From Rhizophagus irregularis (Eukaryota): 64,000 nt of DNA. The DNA is taken from the NCBI RefSeq assembly GCF_026210795.1, contig NC_089431.1, positions 248,001 to 312,000 of the forward strand, given 5' to 3'. Positions 13,444 to 26,010 of the stretch are shown one piece after another. The notes beneath the pieces are model-generated. The model ran no database searches. It was not told the DNA's origin and saw nothing but the letters and a program-made list of their open reading frames with translations. The position numbers were made by a program, and so were the translations under genes. The stretch's first letter is position 1. Each line of letters opens with the position of its first letter.

Positions 13444-13799
13444 CCTGATCAATGTTGCTGCACCTCAACGTGGTGATCAGGTGACAACAAGTTTTTAAAA
13501 GACTTGGCTAAGTCAGCAACAAATAATAATTACGTCTAAATTGATATTTACAAACATTTTTATATTTATATTAAAATTTTTTTTTTCATTTATAATTTCA
13601 TCTTACTGTAACTTGTGTTCAACATTTTCATAACCATTTCTTTCTATTATATGAATTAAATAAAATAAATTAGTGTCAGTTACAGTATACTTGCTCTTGG
13701 CCAGATATAGTAAGTAACAAGTGGAAAAAAATGGTGAGGGTAAAAAAAAGGAAAATTGCAGTTACTTACGTAGACAAGCTTTAAGAAGCGAGATCAGAA

Positions 13800-14290
13800 G
13801 TGACCATCATCGCGGGTGAGTAGGTTTGGATGTTGAGACGAAGGTTACCTAATCTCCGTATTCCGTAGTTGCGATAAGGTGGTCATGGGCATAAGGGTGG
13901 CCGAGGTATACCACTTTAGTCAGTACCGTATGTATGGTCACTACAAGTATACCATACAACCACCATCTGTATGGTCACTTCATAGAAAACTATATGGTGC
14001 TGCAGAGTCACTTACCCACTTTAGCTTCGCCAAAATGCTTGCTTAGGTTGGTGAAAAGGACTATGAGAACCTTGTCTATGGTAAAGCTGTGGATGCACTC
14101 GTGAAAGGCCCCACGAAATTGCTATTAAAAGTTCGGATCCTGTAAGGATTTAGAAAGCTTATAACCTTAGTTTTTGTCCCCATATGCCATATGGGAAATG
14201 TCCTTCGCAATAATCTTCTAGATAATTGCGATTGCTCACAACAAGGAAGTCTCGACTTTTAGTCGTTCTTCTGAAGATCTTTTAGATCGT
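13800..14290 (+). repeat. GC-rich hairpin-rich repeat region; 13800-13961 is an inverted, internally rearranged copy of 10652-10814
   Basis: 13800-13885 is the reverse complement of 10728-10814, and 13938-13961 the reverse complement of 10652-10675. 13886-13937 is a direct copy of 10676-10727. (G/A)GTCA(C)T motifs recur, with several palindromes downstream. Confidence 0.85.
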
Positions 14291-16309
14291 ATTGTGATTT
14301 TGACATCCATATCTATGCTAAAAGTGATGTTTATGTCATAATTTGGTTTAAATATCTGAAGATTTAAGGAAAATTATTTCGAATCGCGAATGATCGTATA
14401 GCACTTATGAACAAATACTAAATTTGTTCAATGACGAGATTCAACAAAGAAAAATCGAAAAAAATCTGACAATTGCATTCAGAAACTTAGATTCATATGA
14501 AAGTAATAAGGCAATTCAAATGTAATTTACTGACGTAAGTCTTATCACTGATCAGGGGTGAAGTAGAAGATCACCGGGGCATGGCGTGCTACTGGTTGAG
14601 AACATGTTGCCTTATTGATAATGAAGGTGAAAAGTAGGTGACAAATTCGCGACGTCAGTCAATGTCAGAAATTATAAGATCATCAATTTCGTTAATTTCG
14701 TTTAAGGTTATAACACAACATTGCAATATTTTTATTGTAAATTTTAAATAATATCTTTGATTTCTTTTATCGCAATATCGCGTTATAAATCTTCGCGACA
14801 ACATACAAAATCTGTTCAATGGAAAGCGCCGATTCATACAGAAATCTCGTCATTATGGTAAAATTGCTACCAAGACATCTCCTAAATCACTTAAATAACT
14901 GCAAGAAAAAAAATATTTTTTTTAATTATCGTTATTGTACAACAAAGTTAAAAAATTCGCGATCTTATTGTATACCCAAAATAAAGCTTTGCTATGATTT
15001 TGTACTTTAATTCTTATTATCATTTGATTTTTTTGAGGATTTCACTTACTTGAAGCTTTCACTCACATTGGCTTGTATTTTTACATGTTTGTAATTTACT
15101 TTCGAAAGGTTTTACGTTTGGACTAACTGAATGATTAAGAATTTTTTAAAAAAATAATTTTTAACATGATTTTTGTAAATATAAATGCAATCTTTAAAAA
15201 TGCCCAATTTGCAAAAAAAAAAAATAATATTTCTAATAAAAAAACTATTTATTTAATTATATATATTATACTATATTATTCTTTTTATTATTAACATTTT
15301 TTTTGTCATTTTCATGGTGGAAGTTTATTTTTTTTTCTTCACGTTATTTTTTTTTTTGTATTAAATATTTTTCGTTGGGTTTGAATTTCTTCGGTTATAC
15401 ACTATATGTGTGTATATATATACATTTATTTATGATTTTATGTTTAATATTGAATCTTTTAATAAAGAATGGAATCCACGATATTTGAAAATTAAAAAAA
15501 AGACTTTTTTATTCTCTTGGAGAATATATGTCATCAATTATTAATTTTTCTCACTCGCTCTTTAATTTACGTAAATATATATGAATGTAATGTTTTAATA
15601 TTTGTCAACATATATTAGTTTACCAAAAATATATTAATTGAGATTCTACAGAAGCTTGTATTATCACCATATAGCATAAAATATTAATCAAGTATCATAA
15701 TCAGGAAATTTTTTAAAATCTGAATACTTTTCCAAATACCCTGTGTCAAAACACGTTGGTATTTTCGGCGTAGATCTACAAAATTCGATGATGGACCGGA
15801 CCGATCTACCTAAAAATTTCTGATAGTCATTATGAAATTTTTCAAATATTTTTTTTTATAAAATTTCTATTTACGAGTATTTTATTACAATAATATTAAT
15901 AATATAACACGTCATTGGCATGTAACAACTCCTGAAAATCATTTGAACTTACGCTTGTTTGAAAAAAAAAATAGGTACATCCTTGTGAAAATATAACCAG
16001 TGAGTTACACAGCATTTTCTATTTCTCTAGAACATCAGTAATCAGACCATGTGTTACTCATGTTTTCATTTTGATTGATTGTTTTTTGTCTTTGCAATTT
16101 AGGATATAAAGAAGAAAAGGAAAAATACCAGAAATACTGTGTTTGAACCAATCCATAATCATTCAATACTATTTGCAATAAGGTACAGTATGTCAAATTT
16201 ATAAGCTCATCATTCTTCTATCCAGAGATTTTGGAAGTTTTAAGTGTAACAAAATAATGAGTGGCGTTTGTGCATCAAAAATAGATTTAGCTATTACGAG
16301 TGATTAGAA

Positions 16310-16760
16310 ATACCAAACGTTCGATTATAACCGACCATAACCGGTTTTTACCGTTTGGTACCGACCAGTTAACCCGTTGGTTTTATATATAAAGAAACCG
16401 ATAAAAAACCCGATCAGTTACAGTAATTGTAAATTTTAATATATTCAAATAAAAAGAGATTGAGAATATCATTAAAAATTATGGTTTTTAGTATTTATAG
16501 CAAAATTTAATTTTTTTTTTTGCGTGTTGATCACGTGATTTTTCGTTTCGCCGAAAAAATCACAAAATCGGCATTATTTATTATAAAAAAAAATTATTTA
16601 GATTTTAAAAAAAAATAAAATTATAATTAATATTTTTTTAAACATTATTTTATTTAGTTTTGCAATAATTTTACAATCGGTTAATTTTTTCGATCGATTT
16701 TTACAGTCTATTCTGTTTTGGTTGCAAAACCGCAGTTTTAAAAACCGAAATAAACATGAT
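16310..16760. mobile_element. DNA-transposon-derived insertion (AACCG-rich), absent from the paralogous upstream region
   Basis: It interrupts the alignment with ~25700-25750. Segment ~16380-16570 is an inverted homolog of ~33095-33335. Confidence 0.55.
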
Positions 16761-17060
16761 CCTTACCTGTTACGTAGTGATTGACGGAAAAAAGAAATTA
16801 AAAAATTGAAGTATTGAACAATATTTGTGATTATCAATCATGTTTAACAATGCATTTTACACGTCCATATTTAGTCTAATGTTATTCTCCGCATAAAAAA
16901 TTTGTATTAGTAATAACTGTGGTACAAATTTTCGCACTTTTTATACTTCAACTTTTTTTTTTTTTTTTTTTTTTACGGATTAATAATTCTGAAATTTATT
17001 TTGATTAAATAACTCCGCATAAATATAAAATTATAATTCATATAATTCAAATAAATTAGT

Positions 17061-18952
17061 ATGGAAGAAGAGCCAAAGTGGTTATGGGAGGATGTTGATT
17101 ATAATAAATATCAGGTATTATAAAATTTATAGTAATATTGTAATATTGAATTTTTATAGTTAAAATTTTAATATTTTTTTTTTTTTTTGATCATTAAAAA
17201 AAGAGACATGTTGCGATTTCTACTACCGAATCAGAAGATGTAGATGATACAATAGTTTATATAGAAGATTTAGAAAAAAGAAAACGAGTATATGGAATAT
17301 GTGGAGAATGTAAAGAACCTGGTACAGGAGAAAGATGGTGTCAACATTGTAATGCTAAAAGATTTAAGGATAACTTTAAAAATTGGACTAGCGGAAATGA
17401 AAATATCGATGAATTTATACAACAATCACAACTCGATGCTTTACATTGTAAACAATTTCTTGAATGGATACCTTTTGAAAAATTTCAGAATATTACTTAT
17501 ATTGCAGAAGGTGGATTTGGTAAAATTCATTCTGCTAAATGGTCTGAAGGACATATTGAATATTGGGATATTAAAAAGAAAAAATGGCATAGACATAGTT
17601 GGGGTGAATATGTATTGAAAAGTTTAAATAATTCTACTGATATATGTTCAGATTTTTTAAATGAGGTAATATGAATTTACTTTAACATTGAAATTATATT
17701 TAATAATTGTGTACTTGCATTTATTTATTAGTAAAATTTCTTCTTATCAATTAGATTAAACCTCATCTTCAGATTCATCTTCATTTCGTTGTTACATGTT
17801 ATGGAATAACTCGAGATCCAAATACTAAAGAGTATATGATGGTTTTAGAATATTGTAATGATGGAAATTTGAGAAATTATTTAAATAAATCCAAAGAATA
17901 TATGGGATTTGGATCGAAAATTGATAAATTACAAAAAATTGCAAGAGGACTTTTAGATATTCATGCAGCTGGGAATGTTCATAAAGATTTTCATTCGGGT
18001 AATATATTATATTATTATTCTATTCCATATATAAGTGATTTAGGAATGTGTCAACCAGCAAAAAGGCAAGGTAAAGAAGGAATTTATGGAGTATTACCAT
18101 ATATGGCACCAGAAGTTTTACGTGGACAACAATATACAAAAGCAGCAGATATTTATTCATTTGGAATAATAATGAATGAGTTTCTTTCTGAAGAAATTCC
18201 TTATTATGATATTCCTCATGATGAATTTTTAGCTATTAAAATATGTGAAGGACTTAGACCAAAAATTCCTAAACATATACCAAAATTCATTTCAGATTTA
18301 ATAATAAGATGTTGGGATGCTGAAGTAGAAAATAGACTAGCCACTAAAGAATTGTATCAGATATTAAGTAAATTGGGTAAGGAAATATATGATAAAAATA
18401 GTGAATTGTATTATCAAATAAAAGAAGGTGATGAAATTGGAAGTAAAAAATTTAAAAACGGCAAGTCAAATGACGATAAATCCAAAAATATTCAAACACA
18501 TCCACAGGCTGTTTATACTAGTAGACTTATAAATTTTAAAAGTCTTCCAAAACCAGTAAATTCTTCAGATTTATCATCTTTTCAATTTAATTCAGGTAAT
18601 TTTAACTTACTTTTTATTATGAAAAACCAATTTACATTATTAATTTTATTATGTTTTTCCCAATAGATACTAATTATACTATTCAATCAGCATTAACAAA
18701 TCCAAGCAAGTATTTCTTTTAATTATCGTTACTATAATATTGCATATAAATTTATTAACGGACAAATGTTATTTTATTAAATTTACAGTTTCAGAATGCT
18801 TGGATGTTCAATTAAGCGAATTAGGTAAGCTAATATTTAATATTTATTATTTATTTATAACTTTATTAATATTTATTATCTAATTTATTTATTTACTTAT
18901 TTTTATAGAACTAAATGAAATTTGTCAAGATTGCGAAAATAATATTGAATGA
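17061..18952 (+). CDS. TKL-like protein kinase with N-terminal CxxC-x9-CxxC motif (paralog 2)
   Basis: Exons 17061-17114, 17204-17665, 17755-18595, 18667-18705, 18789-18824 and 18909-18952 are in frame. Motifs: GGFGKI, VLK, HKDFHSGN, SDLG, YMAPE. GC donor at 18706. Confidence 0.9.
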
Positions 18953-20399
18953 AACTTCTTTTCACACAAGTCAATGATTAAAATACAAAAGTGTATGTAT
19001 GTTGAAGTTAGCCTTATTTTTATTAAATTTAAATTTTATACTTTAGTTTTCTTTTGTATTGTATCAGTTTATTAGGATTTTTATTTTTAAAATTATTTTT
19101 ATATAAATAAAGATTATAGGTTTTTATACTAATTAACTAATTGTTTGTGCATATTAATCTCGACACTTATCATTGCTAGACGCATTTAAAATTTACGTGT
19201 ATTTTTGGGGTTAGTATTATGCAATGCTGAATGGAAGAGAAAATATCTACACGACTATCTCCAATGAGTAGTTTTGAATTATCGATCTATAGCCATTACA
19301 TTATCGTAGAGGAGACAAGAAAAGGACTTATCCTATTTTTAATTTTCTTTATTAACAATTTTTATTATTAGTAATAGGTTCGAAAATGAATAAGCGAATT
19401 TATGTTTAAACGACATATTCGTTAATACGCTTAACATTTTAAATCAAAATATTGTCAATTTTTTCTTTTAGAATTAAACAAAGAATTATGACATTCAGTT
19501 ACTGGAGTTTAAAGCCAAGGCATAATAATTGAACAAAAGGTAAGCATAAAATGTTGCAAATAGTTATATTATAACGTGTATCCATTAGTCCGATTTTCAT
19601 TTCTTAAATACTTTTGCTCCTATGTGAACCAATTCAACACTAAACATATTTTAATACATAATATTTATCCTAAAATGTCAAATAGATTATTTTTTTGAAA
19701 AGAATTTTTTTACATAATTTTTTATTTGTTTGACGCCACGCCAATTCCCATTTTCTGTAGATCCTTTGCAGTTTATTCATGAACGACATAAATTTGCATC
19801 GAAATCATATATGAATTTTTTGCACTGACTCACGGATCACAAATTAATAAAACAATTTAGAGTTGTGAGTTATTATAAATCATATTAAGATAATAACTGA
19901 AATTTTCATATTATTAATTTATTAACAGTACAGTTTATCCTAAAGAATTATTAAACACAAAAACTCTGGGTACGTTTTGATTTTAAATATTCATAATTAT
20001 ATAAAATTTTTATATAATTTATGGTGATGACTTTCTTAAATATGAACTTTGAAATGTGTAAACAATTTGAGAAGGGAAATGTTAGAGTGACCGAAGTGAA
20101 CTTTACGGCTTTAATTTTCACGTGGTATTTAATCGAATATTAAATTATTTTTTATTCATAATTTTTCGCAAATTTTACGATGAACTCGATAGATGTATAC
20201 AGTATTGATGCGGTTTAATTTATTAATAATTATATTTGATTGAATCAATATTTATAGTCTCTTTTTTTTCAACGTATATTTATCTCTCTCCTTTGTAAAT
20301 GGAAAATGGAAAACAATTCATTTTCATCATATTACAAACTATTGATTTTTTGTCATAGAATCTCTTTTATTTTACAAAATTTTTATTAATTCCCATATA

Positions 20400-21298
20400 C
20401 ACATGCCGATCAAAATTATCCGGCCACTTTTTTAAAGTGATAAACTTACATATGCATAATATTGTGAAATTTAAAATTTAAAGTTATATATATTCATTGT
20501 GCCATTGTTTGTTAATTTAAATAAAAATTTAATAATGAATTCTATTTTCATTGGTGGCAATAGCTTCTTCAATTCTATAAAGTATGCTATCAATAATATT
20601 CTGGAGATATATCTATCCATGCGTCCTTAACATGCTTTTCAAGTATTTTTATCAGAAAATTTAATAAGGTTAAGTATTATCCATTATGAAATAATATTAT
20701 ATAAGATTATGGCTTGACCTATGACTACTTACATAAACATATTATTATGTAAGTTTATGAAAATTTGCGTAAGATTATAGATTAAAATTTAAAAATCGGA
20801 TATCAAGAATATTTCGTTACTCAGTGATTGGATCTTCATGAATTAAGATTTGTTAGATTCGTCTCATTAAGTGGATTCGAATGGTAATAATTGCATTCTT
20901 GTAGGATCGATATTCGATATGTAATTGCACTTTAAAGATTTAAATAAATTTTATAATAAGTTTTGATCCAGTGATCGTATAGCCATGATTTTTAGCTTAT
21001 TGGATTCGTCTCATCGAGGCGATTCGAATGGTGATAAATATGTGTTTATTAGATTAATATTGACAAAGTTACGGGATTTTTTAAATCTTTTAATTTATCA
21101 TCACGTAAATCATAAATTTACTCAGTAAATGATTTATATTTCTGAAAAATTTTGAAGAATATGAAAAATGTGAAGCATGGAAATTTGTTTATTGTAATTA
21201 TAAATATAAAATCGTATAATATTTTTGTCACCTTAGCACGTGATGATCTGCATAATTTTGGTAAAACAAAGTGGCCGGATAATTTTGATCGGCATGTG
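20400..21298. mobile_element. Non-autonomous Tc1/mariner element
   Basis: Perfect 31-bp TIRs CACATGCCGATCAAAATTATCCGGCCACTTT with a TA TSD on both sides. An internal motif GATTCGTCTCAT..GATTCGAATGGT is repeated (~20857, ~21003). No transposase ORF. Confidence 0.9.
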
Positions 21299-22639
21299 TA
21301 CGTAGCAAATATTTTTTTTTTCGACTATTCCAAATGTTTCTTGTTGGTTAAAGGGAATTGAAAAAAAAAAAACATTCTGGTGAGATTAACGTGACTCATA
21401 ATTCTTTTCTTACGAATTCATGCAAGAATTAAAAAAAATTTCAACTTAATTTTAGATAAGGATTAAGGAATTTTTTTCGATAATATTGAAAATATTTTTG
21501 CTCCATATCTTATAAATTAAGTTGACCTGAAAAAATTGAACGTGTAAAAGTGTAAAATTATAAAATGTATTAAGCATACATTACAATACATTTCAACTTT
21601 GTAAAAATAATTATTCAAAACAATAACTTTATGTATGTAAAATATACTGTACGTATATATATCATATAGTACATATATATTTATTTATTATATGGACACA
21701 CTAGACTGTCATACTAATTTATTATGAAAATGACAATGATAATTACACGTACATTTCTTAGTCGAGAACTAATTTAAACTAATGGAATTAATTGCATTAT
21801 TGAAATTTTTTATTTATTCTAGATTTATTAATTTCAGCTGACGCTATTAGCAATTTTTTTCTCCTCGAATTAAATGAATGAAACATTTATACGGAGCTCA
21901 GAATTAAAAAGGAAAATAATCTTATAATGATAACACCAAAAATTAATCGAAATAAGCTTAATTGTTTTTCTTAATGAAATTTGAAAAGTGACATCACCGA
22001 TGAGCGAAATTCTGTGTATTGCTGCTGTATTGTTGTCTTCAAAAAATTTGTATGTTTAATAAAATGATATTTGACTTTAATATTGTTAATACCACGTACG
22101 GTTAAACACAATCGGGGATTTTGACAAAAATATTTGTTTCCAAAAAAAAAAATTTATCGGATTTCTTCCTTATAAAGTTTATTCGCACCTTTCCTAAAAA
22201 AGAAAGTTAGTTTTGCAATGAATCACATGATAATTTATCAGTTTAAATAATCGAAATGTTCAGTGATCATCATGTTTCTCTCATGATTTGATTTCTTTGT
22301 AAATATAACGATAAACCTAATTGATGTAATAATGTTTACAATAATTTCATTTCGTAATATTAAATTTTAATGTTCGCGATAATTTGAAGAATATACTTTA
22401 TGTTACATCCCTTTTGTATCGTCGTTTACAAATACTGTTCACCGTTCATTCAAATAATTCTACTACATTGGAGCGTAATTAAGGTACATATCTTATTTTT
22501 ATTTTTTTCTTATATCTGAATTTTCTTTTTTTCTTTTTTTTCTCTTTGAATTTGAATTAATTCATTATTTAATTTGTTTATATAAATTATTCTCCTATAG
22601 AAATTTTTTAATTAGCGATAGTCTTTTTATAAAAAGATA

Positions 22640-24790
22640 TCCGAAGAAACGAAAAATTTAACGAATAATATCATATCAATATCATCATCATCATCAGTAA
22701 ATAATCATTTATCGAATTTGGAATAAATTTTAGTAGATGTGAAGAGGAAAATTAAAAGAATTACATTGAATATTAGTACTATAGCGATAGGATTTTTATA
22801 TTATAAAAATTGTATCATATTAAAACAATCCTTTTGATTATCTTCAACAACAAGAGGAAGAGGTTATTTAAGATCTAAATCTCATGAAGTTATTAATACT
22901 ACTACAATCATATTTGATTTATGTAAGTAAATTGGAAAGAGTGGAAGTGTGGCAAGTGTCGTTTCGTAAAGCGCAGTAACTAATCATCATTTTTCTTGAT
23001 TTTTGTAGTTCGATATTAATGGTATTATTTGACGCGTATCCAAATTATATACTACGGCGGAATGTAAGTGAAATCAATTCAATATTTTAAACAAACAAAA
23101 AAAACCAAAAAAAAAAATATTAACTAATTTTTTTGATTGATCAAGTTGATCAAAATTTAAGTAGAGAACTAGCCATTGGATTAGCGTTAATATATCCTAT
23201 AAGCATAAGTAAGTCATATATTAAAAAACGAGAAAATTTTTTTTTTCTGTTTTTAATCTCTCTCTTTTCTTATTAGCTTATACAGCCCTAACAAAAGAAT
23301 CAAAGAGTGAACTTACAAATAGTAGTAATAATAAAAGTCTACCAAATAGATATATAGCAGATGTAATAGATTTTTTATTATTAATATCACCAATATCAAC
23401 ATTATTTCCATTCGCATGGATAACAGGACATTATGTATATATTAATGATTTAGACTCAATTCGTAAAATACATAATTTAAGTTGGGTGATGATCTAATAA
23501 GTTTGAATTATAATCGATATAAATTATATGGGATCATATTAAGGCATTAAAAACGTAAAGAAATTGTTTAGTGGTACTCCGGACTGTTTCCACTTTAGGA
23601 CGTGCCGAAATTTAAGTAAGTGAATACGCGTTGATTTTAATTATTTTAATTACTAAAAAAAAAATTTTTCCTTTGAATTTTTTTATTAACGAAAATTTCG
23701 AAATTTCATTATTCCTTTCTTTCTAGTTGTCTTCATTAGTAATTATTATGGCGGTGTTTTTAATAATGTCATTCACTTATGGATATTTTAGATATTTCAC
23801 TTATCTCGCTTACAATATAAATATTACATATGTAATCGTATGGAATTTTACAATACCAATAATATAAATTTTAGTTCAATTTTTTTTTCGTATACAAGTA
23901 AGTTATTTATCACGCTGTTATATTAAACTCATGTCAACAATAATAATGAACAATTATTTTTTAGAGCAATAAACCAAAAACAAAACACTCGAACATATCA
24001 ATGACGAGTAAATTTACACTAGCGAATGCAGGATGGAAAATCTTTACGTGACGAACTGATGATGAATCTTTGATAGGAGGTGGTGATGGCACGTTAATAA
24101 CTAGTACTACCTCATTAACTTCACCATTTGTTTCTTCAACTTCACCAGTAACAAACACTACCACGATATCAACAAATACAAATAATATTGATTATTTTAA
24201 TCATTTTAATTCAAGTGGATTTAATATAACTGAAATGAATTCAATGTCAAACAAAATAAGTCTAGTATTGAAAATTGTAATGAAACGTATAAAAGGTTAA
24301 CTTAAGTTTTTAGTAGAGTTAGTAATGATGAACGGATTAGTTGAGAAAATACGGAAAATACGGGAATAAAAAGAATAAGTAAAAGTAGCAGTAGTATAAG
24401 AATAAGTGTAAGAACGAATAGTAGTATTAATTTAGGTGATGATTCTTCAAGTAATTTAGGTATAAGAAGAATTTCAAGACATTAAACACCAAAAATCATT
24501 TGAAAGCTCAATGGGATTAATTGCCGAAGCAAATTCTGATGGATCGAGCAATCATATTTGTGTGAGTGTAAGTAGAAGCAACTGATGCAACTTTTACTAT
24601 TATAGTGACTACTTCGACCATGTATACTGTCAGTACTACTGTATCAATTAATACTACTGTAATAAGTATTGTAGCAACAGCAGCCGCTAAAGCTTCTTGA
24701 AATATACCTGATAATAACGATCATTTGGGCGCTGATGAAAGCAAAAGATTATCAGATTCAATGGAAAAACGTGAACGGTTAACTAAACGT
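22640..24790 (+). pseudogene. Decayed multi-exon membrane-protein gene, copy B; boundaries approximate
   Basis: Colinear with 3020-5200 (SRELAIGLALIYPISI, LLISPISTLFPFAWITGH, VVLRTVSTLGRAEI, S/T-rich ORF 24070-24300). Disrupted by stops and frameshifts. Confidence 0.4.
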
Positions 24791-26010
24791 CCTGTATTAT
24801 ATATTTCTAGATAAAAATCAGTTATTATTTTAATTTGTAATAATGTACTTATATATAAATATGTATTATATTATTGTTTTTTTATTATCATTTTTCTTTA
24901 TTTTTATGGGTGGGAGTTTGTTCTTTTCCTTCTTCACGTTAGTTTTTTTTTCGTATCACATATTTTTCGTTGGGTTGGATTGCTTCATTTATATATATTC
25001 ATGTATTTTAATATTGAATCTTTTAGTTAAAAAACAAACTTCTTTTTTGGATATCACACAATCCACGATATTGAAATAGAAAAAAATTTTCTTAGAGAAT
25101 ATATGTTATCAAGTATTAATTTTTCTAAATTAAAATTATCTCCTCTTTAACGTAAATATACATGATATTTTTTATCATATGTTAGTTTATTAGGAAATCT
25201 ATTTATTAAGATTCTACAGAAGCTTGTATTATGCATAAAATATATAGAATAAATTAATTAATCAAGAATAATAAAAATTTTACCTATAATTCATTAGACG
25301 TCGTGAAATTTTCAAATAATTTTTTTTATTTAAGAATATTTATTACTGTATTATAGAATATTAATTTGGACAATAAATTTAAAATACAGCAGGTCCATGC
25401 AACTCCTGAAAATAAAAAAAAGGTACATCTTGTGAAAATCATATAACCAGTGAGGTACACAGCATTTTCTTACCCGATAGCTCATTTTGACTATTTCGTG
25501 TGAGCTTTTTTGTCTTTGCAATTTAGAATATAAAGAAGAAAAAAAAAATATCAGTAATATTGTATTTGATACTATTTGTAAGATATATAAATTTATAAGC
25601 TCATCATTCTTCTATCCAGAGATTTGACAAACTTGAAAGTTAAGTGTAACAAAATAATGAATGGCGTTTGAGCATCAATGCAATCAAATTTAGATTTATT
25701 AAAAATTTAGCCATTATAAATGACCGGCATTATCAAATTGATTGAAAAATGAACAATATTATTTTTTTTGTGATGTTTAACAAGCATCATTTTGTTTTTG
25801 TAAATTGCTATATTTGATCTAATACTATTTTTTCTCTGCATAAAAAATTGTTTATGCTTAGTATAACTGTAGTATAGATTTTGTGCATTTTTATATTTTG
25901 AACAACCCGTTCGTTTTAACTTTTTTTTACGTATTATAATTCTAAAATTTATTTTGAATAAATTACTTGCATATACAAAATAATAATTCATATAATTCAA
26001 ACTAATTATT

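Noticed and set aside
13040..13498. Five overlapping ORFs (F/P/S-rich and G/K/R/E-rich)
   Set aside because: They are by-products of a stop-free minisatellite and have no domain features.
13895..13915. tRNA A-box-like GGTGGCCGAG
   Set aside because: No B box or cloverleaf follows.
13881..14110. CRISPR-like repeat/spacer array
   Set aside because: Shared motifs are only 5-9 bp with irregular spacing, there are no cas genes, and the context is eukaryotic.
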